From positions 1 to 49,806 of the forward strand of contig JALAGF010003661.1 of the NCBI GenBank assembly GCA_030167865.1: 49,806 nucleotides of DNA. Reading direction: 5' to 3'. The position numbers and the translations under genes are program-made. Source of the DNA: Craspedostauros australis (lineage: Eukaryota). Of the stretch, positions 23,056 to 33,189 are shown piece after piece (the first letter of the stretch is position 1; each line of letters starts with the position of its first letter). A model generated the notes under the pieces. The model was not told the origin of the DNA. It was given only the letters and a program-made list of their open reading frames with translations, and did not search any database.

Positions 23056-25347
23056 ATGGAGAAGATGGTGAAAGCAGCATCATTCGCAGCAGCCTTCCAA
23101 CGAAGAGCGTCGTACGATGCCATGAGCGGCGAAGCTTCCGTGGCATCCAGCGGCGCATCCTCTGGAGGCAGCGACAACACGTCCCTGTCCAACCGACCGA
23201 CGCAGTACGCGCAGTTCATGCCCACGCAGGACGACCTGCAACTGAAGGCAACGGCCTGCTCCTTGAGCCCCGTCGGCGTGGAGGAAGACATCTCGCCTCC
23301 CAAGCTGACCATCACGGAGGAGGACGCGATGATGGACTCGGACGATGAATCGCAATGGGAGGCAGCATCGCCGTCTCCGACATCGCAGGCCAAGTCGGGG
23401 TGCTTCCCGACGGTGGACGACCTGACGCAGTCCGCCATCTTCACCAAGCTGCCGCCTCTCTACACCATCCACAGCGAACGGGCGACGCGGTCTGTGGTGC
23501 CTGCAACCAACGCGGGCGCTTCTTCCAAGCAGCAGCAATCGGAGGAACCAAAAGCATTCGATCCATCCACGATCGTGCCGCCCTCCTTCATCTGCTCCAT
23601 CTGCGACGACGTCATCTGCAACGCCGTCACCTTGAGCTGCGGCTGCAAGGCCTCCACCGTCTGCTCCGGTTGCTGGCAGCAGCAGACGCAGGAGTACTGC
23701 AGGAGCTGCTCCAAGATCGTGGACACCGTGGTGCCCTGTCTGGCGCTGGATCAGACCATCGACTGCCTGCTGCCATCTCTGCTGCAGTCCAAGCTCGACA
23801 ATCCGGCGGTCCAGCTGTGGAACCAGCGCTACGAGCGCCGCAAGCAACAGCAGCAGCCATCGCCAGTCCAGGAGACGCCCAGCGACGGGTTCACGGTCGT
23901 GAGGAAGGCGACGTTGCACCGCAATTCGTCGCTGCCCAACCTGCGCGGCCGCAGCAACAGCGACTCCCACATCCCGGCCGCGCCCAAGCGCTCTTCCACG
24001 CCATCCGCCCTGCAACGCAACGTCTCCTTCAACGCGGCGCTGTCCACCAACCCGCGGCAGGTCATCCTGTCGCCCAAGGTCCTGCAGAAGCCCGCAGCGA
24101 AGGCGTTCCAGAATGAGGCCTTTCCCGATCTGTTTGCCATGTCGGCGCCCACCGTGCGCAAGCCGCCCGCGTTCGGCGGCGATATCTCGCAGCTCTTTTC
24201 GAAGCAGGTCCTGCAGCAGGAGTTCGGCGTGGATCCAGATGCGCGCGAATCCGGCGCCATCGCCCTCGTGCCCCTCAAGGATCACGATGGCAAGACGCCC
24301 GCGGTCGACGGCGGTTCGGCCGAAGCCGATGACATTGTCACGGATGAGGAGGATCTCATGATCAGCCGCCATGGCGAAGAAGACGAGGAGGACGAGGACG
24401 CCACCATCTTCAGCGGCGGCACCTTCACGCAAGTGGAACAGCCGAAACCCAAGCAGATGACGTACCACGACTTCCTCGTCTCCGATGACGAGCTGGAGGA
24501 GGCGGAGCAGAGCAAGAGCAGCAACGACAGCAAGAAGTCCAGTCGCAGCACCAAACCCAAGCGGCGGTCGCAGGAGCTCTCGGAGGACACCAAGAAGTCC
24601 CTGCTCAAGGACATCCGCACGCCGCAATCGTCCAACGCGGGGCTGCGGTCGCGACGCAACGGCAAACGCGCCGGAGTCTCTCCCAAGGAACGGCGCCAAC
24701 GCGGCCCCTCGGCAACGCGATCGTCGTCGAAGCGCCGCAGCATCAAGAGCCGTTCCGCCGCGGACAACGACGGCAAGACGGGCACGCAAAAGCCATCGTC
24801 GCAGCGCAGCGGCATCGTGGTCAAGGCCAAGGACGAGCTCGCCATCTCCACGCACACGGCGCCAGTCTCGGGCGCCCAGCGACGCACCAGCCGAAGAAAG
24901 CCGCAAGTGGCCGAACGCAACAACCGCGCCAGACGACGCAGCCGCAGCAACAGCGCCACACCCGCCACGGAGGATCCCAAGCAGCGCAAGCGGCCCACCA
25001 AGAAGGACCGCGCCCCCATGCTCACGCGCCAAGCCTCCATGCCCCAATTCAGCGACTCCGTCAAGGAGATCTGGGAACAGCTGGAGGGATTGGATGCCGC
25101 CATTCAGCAGAACGAATTGCTATCGCGAAAACCTGCGCCCGATTCACCCGACTCCTCCGTCTCGTCGCACCGTTTGCGACCCAGCCAAGAAATGACGGAA
25201 CTTTTGGAGAAGCTTTCCGTGCACAGCAAATCATCATCGCGACGCACGCGGCGCAGCACCATTCGCGGACGATCGGCGCGACCCAAACTTGTCAAGGCAT
25301 TTTCCGAATCCAGTCTGCACCGTCGCACAATCGACGGCGAAACCTGA
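23056..25347 (+). CDS. RING-type (C4C4 variant) zinc-finger protein with a long disordered basic C-terminus; putative E3 ligase
   Basis: ATG 23056 (MEKMVK). FICSICDDVICNAVTLSCGCKASTVCSGCWQQQTQEYCRSC is followed by VVPCLALDQTI, the usual post-RING 'PNxxLxxxI'-like helix. Confidence 0.82.
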   Translation: MEKMVKAASFAAAFQRRASYDAMSGEASVASSGASSGGSDNTSLSNRPTQYAQFMPTQDDLQLKATACSLSPVGVEEDISPPKLTITEEDAMMDSDDESQWEAASPSPTSQAKSGCFPTVDDLTQSAIFTKLPPLYTIHSERATRSVVPATNAGASSKQQQSEEPKAFDPSTIVPPSFICSICDDVICNAVTLSCGCKASTVCSGCWQQQTQEYCRSCSKIVDTVVPCLALDQTIDCLLPSLLQSKLDNPAVQLWNQRYERRKQQQQPSPVQETPSDGFTVVRKATLHRNSSLPNLRGRSNSDSHIPAAPKRSSTPSALQRNVSFNAALSTNPRQVILSPKVLQKPAAKAFQNEAFPDLFAMSAPTVRKPPAFGGDISQLFSKQVLQQEFGVDPDARESGAIALVPLKDHDGKTPAVDGGSAEADDIVTDEEDLMISRHGEEDEEDEDATIFSGGTFTQVEQPKPKQMTYHDFLVSDDELEEAEQSKSSNDSKKSSRSTKPKRRSQELSEDTKKSLLKDIRTPQSSNAGLRSRRNGKRAGVSPKERRQRGPSATRSSSKRRSIKSRSAADNDGKTGTQKPSSQRSGIVVKAKDELAISTHTAPVSGAQRRTSRRKPQVAERNNRARRRSRSNSATPATEDPKQRKRPTKKDRAPMLTRQASMPQFSDSVKEIWEQLEGLDAAIQQNELLSRKPAPDSPDSSVSSHRLRPSQEMTELLEKLSVHSKSSSRRTRRSTIRGRSARPKLVKAFSESSLHRRTIDGET

Positions 25348-25376
25348 TTAATTTCTAGATTCAATTTTGCATCATC

Positions 25377-26822
25377 ATGCGTCTCGCAAACAGTATCCGG
25401 CAGAGTATCGAAGCCGCACATGAAGCCAGCTGGGAGGCCCTGTTATCGCAGTACGACTGGCAACCGCAGCACACGCACGAAGGCGTCCTCCCCATCACCA
25501 TCCTGCGAGCACCCGACAACGTCCTGCACCGCCACATCGTCTTGCAAACATGCGCCAAGCTGCTGCCCGGCGCCATCCTGCCGCGCGCCTTGCCCACGCT
25601 ATGGGCCACGTTGGATTGCATCGTGCGACAGCAACATGATGTCTGGTTGCAGCTCGGCACCACCAACACGGCGCGTCAAGGATCCGCATCAAGGTTGGAT
25701 GTCTTGTTGCAATGCGATCCGCAGGTCATCTATTTGAATACCAGCGTCAATGACGATGTCTGGCAAGTCCTTCTGCAACTGCCCCGAACCGCGGTCGTCA
25801 CATTCCAGGATTGCAACGTCCCGCGCACATGGCAAACGAACATCCGCGAAATCGATATGGATTATTCGAAATACCGTTTTTGCGATGCACATGGCGTGAC
25901 CATCTTGTATTGCACGACGCCACAACAACAATTGGCATGGACGTATCAATACGCGCGCAGCGGCAAACGGACGTATCCCATCCTTGCACGATATCTACGA
26001 TTGTGGCATCGATTGCGGCGTATCCACAAGGAAACGACGTTGTTGCATCGTGGACGTGACGCGGTGCAGCGGCTTTTGGTGGAAGACGATGAGGATGACA
26101 CAACGATGGCCGTGATGCAACGGTACATGCAGCGGTTGCATCCGAAGGATTGTGGATTGCCGCAAGAAACCAAACAAGACGTGCTGCAGATCGTGGAAGG
26201 TTGGATGGAACTCGTCGTCCTTGTCGATGCGCATGTCAAGACGGTATCGGCGCAGGGGCATGTCCAAACGGATGACGATGCCATGCGATGGGAAGGTATC
26301 ACCAAGATGCGGGAGATTTGGGAGACCAAGTTGAAGCAGCTCATGGATACGTGCCTTGACAAGATGAGGGAGCTGGATCCCTTTCAGGATGTCGATATCG
26401 GGGCTGCGACAACTCAGGATACTGCTTCCAACAGCGAGGAACTCCAACAGCCACGGCAAAAGAAAAAGACGACGGTCCCGCGTTTCCGACAAGACTACAT
26501 GCACGCCATGCTGCACTGCCCCCTCGCCGATCAGGAGATCAACAGCCCACCCCTCGCGACCATCTTGCGCATCCTCAACAAGGCCTTTCTGCATCGCATC
26601 CGCATAGCGCGCAATGACCTCTTCGGTCAATTCGAGGAAGAGATACTTCTGGTCAAACGGCTCGAAGCATCGACACGCACCATGCGGGCTCAATGGTTCC
26701 AGATCGGCGTCCTCATGATGCAATGCAGCGGGATCCTCAAGGCCAGCACGAGCCGCAGCAAGAAGACGGATGGTGTCATTTACGAAAAGATCACGACGGT
26801 GTGGTGCAGCGGGAAAGTGTAG
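25377..26822 (+). CDS. ORC3: Divergent origin recognition complex subunit 3-like protein
   Basis: 481-aa ORF. The C-terminus PRFRQDYMHAMLHCP...IARNDLFGQF...WFQIGVLMMQCSGILKASTSRSKKTDGVIYEKITTVW parallels the ORC3 winged helix (PRIALHTALNNP...INLVDWSEAF...[30 protein letters not shown]). The N-terminal LPITILRAPDNVLHRHIVL resembles ORC3 IPTAALVLGVNVTDHDLTF. Confidence 0.62.
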   Translation: MRLANSIRQSIEAAHEASWEALLSQYDWQPQHTHEGVLPITILRAPDNVLHRHIVLQTCAKLLPGAILPRALPTLWATLDCIVRQQHDVWLQLGTTNTARQGSASRLDVLLQCDPQVIYLNTSVNDDVWQVLLQLPRTAVVTFQDCNVPRTWQTNIREIDMDYSKYRFCDAHGVTILYCTTPQQQLAWTYQYARSGKRTYPILARYLRLWHRLRRIHKETTLLHRGRDAVQRLLVEDDEDDTTMAVMQRYMQRLHPKDCGLPQETKQDVLQIVEGWMELVVLVDAHVKTVSAQGHVQTDDDAMRWEGITKMREIWETKLKQLMDTCLDKMRELDPFQDVDIGAATTQDTASNSEELQQPRQKKKTTVPRFRQDYMHAMLHCPLADQEINSPPLATILRILNKAFLHRIRIARNDLFGQFEEEILLVKRLEASTRTMRAQWFQIGVLMMQCSGILKASTSRSKKTDGVIYEKITTVWCSGKV

Positions 26823-27247
26823 TGGATTGCAATGGAGCACGAAATGCAAGGGGTGAAGCGGTGCTTGCAGGGATACGATATCGACGTGGATGTGGGTGGC
26901 CTTGGAACATATCATACATATCTGTCTTCAATGTATTAGAGCATCGGTAGCATATCGCAACAACGATCGAGAGGAATGATCTAGTCTCATGAGATTAGGC
27001 TATCAATGACGTCAAACCCACCAAAACGTGCGCATGATTGGACTCTGTGACGTAGGTCGTGCGCACTTCGAACCTCAAAGAACCACAAAGACAACACGCA
27101 CCCATCACCGTGATCTTGCACACTCGTCAACAAACCTCATTTTCTTCACAATCAGGCGATTTTCACAATCCTCAGAACGCACCGAACAGTGTCTCCACTT
27201 CACACAATCATCAGAACATATTACCCATACAATACCGAACTGCAACG

Positions 27248-28360
27248 ATGAGCCCCGCAGCGTGGAAGAACGTACTATCTCGCCATGGGCCCTCCCTGCG
27301 CGCGTTGCAATCACCGATGTCATCATCGTTCGCACCATCATCGTTGACATCATCATCATCGACTGCGCTGCGAGGCAGCATTCATCCAATCCGACGGCAT
27401 GCTTCCATTGCCTCCTTCGTCAAAGGCCCTTCCATCGACGCTCTCCCGTCCAAGGACGCGGCCGATTTGCCACAGCTCACCAACGACCTGCGCTTCGTCC
27501 AGGACATGGTCCGATCGTACGACCCGTCCGGCACGTTGCCAGGACGTTTGCTGCCCACCAACCAGATGCAGCTCGTCTACTACGCCGTGCGCAGTTTCTG
27601 GGTCGAAACCGGATTGCGCAAGGACGCCGCCATCACACGATCGCCGACCGAGCAGCTGGATTGGTGGCAGGAGGGCATCCAATCTGTCTATGACAAGGAC
27701 CACGAACAATCATCGCCCACACTGCGGTTGTTATCGCACCTCGTGAACGACCACCAAATCCCACTGACGCAATGCCATTTCGACGACATTCTCAAAAGCC
27801 GCCGCAACGATCTCGATCTGACGCAGTATCCCGATATGGAAGCCTTAAATCAGCACGCCATCTGGAGTTGCGGCAGCCTCTTCCAGCTCGTGCTGGAAAG
27901 CAACGATGCCAGACATCATTGCGAAATCGCCAACACGCTGGGCGTCTGCCACGGTCTCACAAACGCCCTGCGCACGTCCATCCCCGTCCTATCGACGACG
28001 GGCAAGCTGATTCTGCCGCAGGATCTGTGCGAAAAGTACGGCGTCTCGAGTCCGCGGTACCTGCTGTCGGCGTTGGGCATGGGAGATGCCACGTGCCAGC
28101 GCGCCATGCGCAACGTCGTGGCCGATATCGTGGCCGTGGCGCGGCAGCATCTGAAGGAAGGGCGCGATGCGTTGGCGCAGCACAACGACGCGGCGTTGAA
28201 TAGCGTCTTTCTACCCATTCTGGCGTCGGAGACCTTCTTGGATCGGTTGGAGGAGCATGCGTACGACTTGACGGATCGCAATTTGAGGAATGTGTCCACC
28301 GTGGAACATTGGCAATGCGCGATGAAGATGGCCAAATCGGCGTATCAGAATCAAATCTAA
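27248..28360 (+). CDS. NDUFAF6: Squalene/phytoene synthase-fold protein, NDUFAF6-like complex I assembly factor
   Basis: VQDMVRSYD..G.L...LLP...YYAVRSFWVE...QLDWWQEGIQSVY, SRRNDL and GKLILPQDL match the NDUFAF6 pattern. It lacks intact DDxxD motifs and has an Arg/Ser-rich mitochondrial-type presequence from ATG 27248. Confidence 0.82.
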   Translation: MSPAAWKNVLSRHGPSLRALQSPMSSSFAPSSLTSSSSTALRGSIHPIRRHASIASFVKGPSIDALPSKDAADLPQLTNDLRFVQDMVRSYDPSGTLPGRLLPTNQMQLVYYAVRSFWVETGLRKDAAITRSPTEQLDWWQEGIQSVYDKDHEQSSPTLRLLSHLVNDHQIPLTQCHFDDILKSRRNDLDLTQYPDMEALNQHAIWSCGSLFQLVLESNDARHHCEIANTLGVCHGLTNALRTSIPVLSTTGKLILPQDLCEKYGVSSPRYLLSALGMGDATCQRAMRNVVADIVAVARQHLKEGRDALAQHNDAALNSVFLPILASETFLDRLEEHAYDLTDRNLRNVSTVEHWQCAMKMAKSAYQNQI

Positions 28361-28547
28361 ACATAAAGCATGAATTATCCTGCGTACTAGTGTGGATCGA
28401 GCAATTCTGGAGCAGCACTGACTGCAAGATGCGCAGCACATTCACAGAACAGAAAGCCATGCAAAGTAGTTTATCACGATGTTATGATTTTGTTCTACTC
28501 ATATTCTAGTACAGAGCGCCAGCGTTGGCACGTCCTGATTCTGGCTC

Positions 28548-30398
28548 TTAGATGCTGAGCAAGAACTTGGAATCCTGCAATGGGCACGGTTTCTGTCGGA
28601 TGGTCGTCTTTGCTCGAATGCTCTTGAATCGAGGCTGTTGCAGATCAGATCTCACCTTGGCTTGGTATGCCTTCAGAGTATGCAACTCGCTGGATCGCAA
28701 CACGTGCACCATCCTGTCCACGTTGTTGCCATTCTCCTCCGAATGGGTGCTCGCCTTGTACCCCTCCACGGCGATGCTGATGAGACGATTGAGGCAACGC
28801 AATTCCTTGAAGTGCAGCTCATCGCTGACGGGCGCGCCTTGCTGCTTTCGGAATTCGTTACCATTGCGCAGGACGGTGAGTGCGTTTCCATCGTAGTCGG
28901 ACGCCGATAGACTCATGACGCGGCACGTCAGTTGCACCTGTGGTGGAATCTGCAGCACAGTCTCGGTACGGCAGTCGGGGGCATCGCAGGTCTGCGGCGT
29001 CGTGTTGGCAGGCAATGTCAACGTCCAGTAGGCGTCCTGTCGTGCCAGAGATAGGAGGGCCTGGAACTTGGTCTTCTTCAGCTCAATGTCCGTGTTTGTG
29101 TGGGTTGCTTGCGTGACGCATTGGTCGTACCCGTCATCGAATCGCAGGTAGTGAACCATCGCGTACTTGAGCTGCTGATGGATCTGGGTGGGAGTCATAC
29201 CATTTGGATTGGCAACATCATGACCGTCAGGGACGTTGGGCGTCTGATACAGCATCAACGAAGCCGCGGAACCGATGGATCCATCGTCATGGGCAAATCC
29301 GTACCTTGCGAAGAGATGACTGTTGTTGTCGACGGCGTACGAGCTGACGAGTTCCACCATCTCGGAACCGTCGCTGTCAATCGACCTGGCTAGGAAGATG
29401 ATGGCTCCAGTCTCATCGCGTCGATACTCGACGTTGGAATTGGGATGCGAGTCGAACATGTCCGCGATCAGAATCAGCGCGATGCCTTGTTTCTGAGTTT
29501 GCGGATTGTTCATGGCGCGGCCGTAGGCTTCCTGCAGCGCGTCCCTTGAAGTGTGGCTGTAGGCACGCGTGAGGACGGCCAACCGCATGGCACGGTACGT
29601 CGTGGCGGTGACGCCTCGGCTTTGCAGCATGCGCGGGTTGGCCTTGTAGAGCGCGCGGTATTCCTTGTTGATGAGCATCTGCTTCTTGCGAATCTCGATG
29701 TAAGCTTGAGAATGGCGCGGCAGTCGTTGCTTCAGGACATCCTCGGACCAGAAGACGGGGTGGAAGCTCCAGTCGCTCGGCATGTTGCGGTACAGTTGAT
29801 CCAGCAGCGGGTCGGAACTGCGCTTATCGGCATCGTTGCGATGCAGTGCCAGATGGATCGCCATATAGGCTCCATTCTCGAGACCCTTGGCTTGCTTGGT
29901 GACAGGGTCGATGTCGACATGACGGGCAGCGAAGAAGCTCTGGACATCAGGGTCGCGAAAGGCGTCGATGTCCCTGAGTTGGGCCTGCCGGGGTATCCTG
30001 AACAATATCGATCCGGGCTCGATGGGACCTTTCGCCATCAGCTTGCGGTCGACGACCTCGATGCTGTCATGGCAGATGGAGGCTTGATTCTCACAGACAA
30101 AGTTGAGATTGGCCAGGGTGGGATTGACTGTTGCGTCTTCAACCTCTCCTTCGCGCTGATCCAACGCAAGCATCGCGCTGCTCGCAGCAACATCAGGAGT
30201 CTTGGCAGCTTCGGAGATCAAGGATGCTGCGGGATCATCGGCATGCACAAGCCCAGTTTGATACGCAACACTGATTGCGACTGCCAATAGGAAGCTCCCA
30301 ATTGCCCGGACCTTGATACCGGTCATCAGCTTGCTGGATTGCTGCGCGAGTTCGTCGCTCTGCCTCTTCTTGGCATGATGCCTCCCTGCTTTGCCCAT
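28548..30398 (-). CDS. Membrane-anchored SET-domain protein (Rubisco-LSMT/SETD3-like fold)
   Basis: Contains RKLMAKGPIEPGSILFRIP, HPVFWS, VLTRAY, ALILIADMFDSHPNSNV and ELVSSY...SHLFARYGF. An N-terminal hydrophobic segment IGSFLLAVAISVAYQTGLV follows basic residues. Start ATG 30398. Confidence 0.8.
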   Translation of the reverse strand: MGKAGRHHAKKRQSDELAQQSSKLMTGIKVRAIGSFLLAVAISVAYQTGLVHADDPAASLISEAAKTPDVAASSAMLALDQREGEVEDATVNPTLANLNFVCENQASICHDSIEVVDRKLMAKGPIEPGSILFRIPRQAQLRDIDAFRDPDVQSFFAARHVDIDPVTKQAKGLENGAYMAIHLALHRNDADKRSSDPLLDQLYRNMPSDWSFHPVFWSEDVLKQRLPRHSQAYIEIRKKQMLINKEYRALYKANPRMLQSRGVTATTYRAMRLAVLTRAYSHTSRDALQEAYGRAMNNPQTQKQGIALILIADMFDSHPNSNVEYRRDETGAIIFLARSIDSDGSEMVELVSSYAVDNNSHLFARYGFAHDDGSIGSAASLMLYQTPNVPDGHDVANPNGMTPTQIHQQLKYAMVHYLRFDDGYDQCVTQATHTNTDIELKKTKFQALLSLARQDAYWTLTLPANTTPQTCDAPDCRTETVLQIPPQVQLTCRVMSLSASDYDGNALTVLRNGNEFRKQQGAPVSDELHFKELRCLNRLISIAVEGYKASTHSEENGNNVDRMVHVLRSSELHTLKAYQAKVRSDLQQPRFKSIRAKTTIRQKPCPLQDSKFLLSI

Positions 30399-31227
30399 GG
30401 TTGCGTTGGGTGATGAGATTGCCGCTGCCGCAAATGAAATGAGCACATGCTGTTGGCTCCTTCAGTCATCGCACAGCAGAGTCCCTAAGTTGACTCATCC
30501 GCCAGCAACGACGAACCTGCAAGCAGCGCAAGATGCCAACTTGAGGCTCAGAGCGACGCGTTGCTAGGAAGCCGCGGACTGTTGCGCTTGAAACAGCGAG
30601 AGAAGTGACTATTAGAGGACTTTATTCCTCCTGCGGAACTGTCGGGAAGAAATTGGAGACAGCGGATGAATAAAATGGTTGATTTTGGGTCATCGCGAGC
30701 GACTTTCTGTCGTTGCGAACACCTAAACTGGATTCGCCGCAAGGATCTCGAGGCATTGTTTTTTATCGGGTTGGAGTGGATTGAAGTGAAAAGGGCGCTG
30801 TGACATCTGACCACGCCTTCGCTCTCGAGCTGTTCTGGTTGCGCATGGCGAAGTGGGAGAGATGTTCGGCCAGAGTGATAGAATGAGTAGTCATCGAGAG
30901 GGTGTGGAGGAATACAAAAGAACAGTTGAACATCTGCTCTGCGTTGGGATTTGTTGGCGCCAACAATCCTTTGGTTGGATGCTGGCGACGTCGGCATTCA
31001 CATCCATCTACTCTGCGAGAAGCAGAATCATATCTTTGGAGATTGTGCTACCGCAAACAGGATCCGTTTCAGTTTCACATTGTGAGCGTGAACCGGCCCC
31101 CTGCTCATCCATCTCGGAACTTCACATGCTATGCTGATACACTACTCCTACGTACGTGTGCGAGGCGCATATCTCCGATTGTCTATGTACGAACAACTCT
31201 CGTGCAGAGTACGACCTCCTCGACGAG

Positions 31228-33189
31228 CTAATCCACCTTGAGCGTGCCGTAGATCTTGCGCATGAACCACAACGATGTGAGGACGCCAACGGCACCGAGC
31301 ACCAACAGCACGGAGATGCTGACGAGGAACATGTAACCGAAGTAGAGAATGTAGGTGATGAGCATCCCGGATGCATTCAGCGATCGGAAATAGAACGCAC
31401 TGAACAGGAAGATGTACAGCGCGGTGGATCCTGGCGCGAAGAAGGCGAGCCACCACCATCGATGATTCTCGGCATGAAGCTGGGAGTACACCATCAGCAT
31501 GGTGACCACGGCGCATATCACGATGAGAAGGAGGTACACGATGAAGGTGATGCCGAAGACGTAGTAGTACTGGTTCATCCACAGGCTGCACATGATGAAG
31601 AAGAGCTGAACGTAGGCGCATGCGAATGGCATGATTCCGGTGACGAGGATCCCGAAGATCGGATTGAAGAATGGCCGCGGTGGCGGAATGGCACGTGCGA
31701 CGGTGGATGTGGCGGTTGGGAACTCGATGGCATCTCTCTTGTATCCGAAATGCGCTCCGAGGAAGACGAGCGGGATGGACACGGCGCACCAGAGCAAGGC
31801 GAGGATGGCGATTGTTGTCAACGGCGCTGAAGCGGTGGAGTGAAGGAAATGTAGGATGACGTTGAAGACGAGGAAGATGGAGAATGCAGTACCTGGAAAG
31901 ACAGTGGCGGTGAGAACAGTGAGGACGGTACAGCGCCGGCAGCCACCGCATCCGAACGCCTTGTCTAAGCGGCTGCTGACGTATCCAGCCACACAGCCGC
32001 AGAGCGCGAAGTAGACGAGGATGGCGATGAGGAGGGATCCGCGTCCGGATGGATTGAGGATGCCTAAGGCGGAGAGGACAATGCAGATCAGGGCTGTCAC
32101 TCCCAGCTGTGATCCGGTACCGACGAAGACGCAGTACAGCATTGGCCTGGTTTGTGGTGGGCGGAAGACGTCGGCGTGCAACACCTTCCAACCGCTCTCG
32201 TGCGTCGCTTCGTCCATCGCTTTGTCAATGTCGCCAGCCTCAGTATTTTGGGAATCATTGTCATCACGCAAGTTTCGAACGACGATGACGGCCATGATCA
32301 CAAGGAAGAAGATGATGATGCCGACAGAGTTGGCGATGGAGTACCAGTGCACCTGTGATGGGACGAGGTTATCCTCTGAGAGGTAGACATCCCAACGAAA
32401 GGCCCATGGAACATCGCTCTCCTTCCACAAGACGTCGTAGGTGAAGAGGATCTTCTGCTTGTCCGCCACGATTTGGCCCTTCTCGACCTGGTCGGGACTC
32501 ACGTGGGCGTTCGGCGTGCATGTCTCAAGGGGCTTGATGAGACCAGCTTCGTCCTTGCCGTCCCATTCGTAATCATCTGAAAAGCGATGAGAGATGCTTT
32601 GTGGATCTACGGAGAAGCCCACGACGCGGTAGCGCTCAGGGAATGGATCAAGCTGATGATAGTCGAGTTGGATGTTGACGTGGTTGAAGATGTAGGGATC
32701 CTTGGACTTGCGGTCGACGAAGCCAATAGGGAAGCCGCCGGAGAAGCGTTTCCTCTGGACTCCGTTGCCATCGCGTCGTATGGAAGCGGAGGGGAGGTTG
32801 TCGACGATCCAGTTGTGGTGGTAGTCCTGCTCGATGTGTGTTGTGATGCGCTCGGCGCCGTCTTTGTCGAGTTCGACCTGGCACAGCTTGCTGCAGTAGG
32901 ACTCCTCGAGCATCTTGATCACGTACGGGCTGGTCTGGATCTTGTTGCCGGTGAGGAATTCTGCCAGGTTCTGGGAGGTCATCTTCATGCCATTCTCCGG
33001 CTGGCAGAATGGGAGATGGTAGTAATCCATCGGCACCTGGGTAGGGATGGATGTCAGTGAGTTCACCTTGAGATGCACCACATCGCCCTTCTTGAACGAC
33101 TGCGGCGGGACGCCTGGGATGTAGAAGGCCTGTGCGCATTGCGCCGCAGCGAGGGCAGCGAAGATGGCTCGCGTGAGTGAGGACAGCAT
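31228..33189 (-). CDS. TM9SF: Transmembrane 9 superfamily protein (nonaspanin/EMP70)
   Basis: Signal peptide followed by FYIPGV, LKVNSLTS, YYHLPFC, WIVDNLP, VHWYSIANS, ESGWKVLHADVFRPP, ENHRWWW and a terminal KIYGTLKVD. Confidence 0.95.
   Translation of the reverse strand: MLSSLTRAIFAALAAAQCAQAFYIPGVPPQSFKKGDVVHLKVNSLTSIPTQVPMDYYHLPFCQPENGMKMTSQNLAEFLTGNKIQTSPYVIKMLEESYCSKLCQVELDKDGAERITTHIEQDYHHNWIVDNLPSASIRRDGNGVQRKRFSGGFPIGFVDRKSKDPYIFNHVNIQLDYHQLDPFPERYRVVGFSVDPQSISHRFSDDYEWDGKDEAGLIKPLETCTPNAHVSPDQVEKGQIVADKQKILFTYDVLWKESDVPWAFRWDVYLSEDNLVPSQVHWYSIANSVGIIIFFLVIMAVIVVRNLRDDNDSQNTEAGDIDKAMDEATHESGWKVLHADVFRPPQTRPMLYCVFVGTGSQLGVTALICIVLSALGILNPSGRGSLLIAILVYFALCGCVAGYVSSRLDKAFGCGGCRRCTVLTVLTATVFPGTAFSIFLVFNVILHFLHSTASAPLTTIAILALLWCAVSIPLVFLGAHFGYKRDAIEFPTATSTVARAIPPPRPFFNPIFGILVTGIMPFACAYVQLFFIMCSLWMNQYYYVFGITFIVYLLLIVICAVVTMLMVYSQLHAENHRWWWLAFFAPGSTALYIFLFSAFYFRSLNASGMLITYILYFGYMFLVSISVLLVLGAVGVLTSLWFMRKIYGTLKVD

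Noticed and set aside
23080..25047. 655-aa minus-strand ORF
   Set aside because: Antisense to the RING gene; Arg/Gly/Leu-rich shadow.
27248..28360. Phytoene or squalene synthase enzyme
   Set aside because: The Asp-rich catalytic motifs are absent and the sequence fits NDUFAF6 better.
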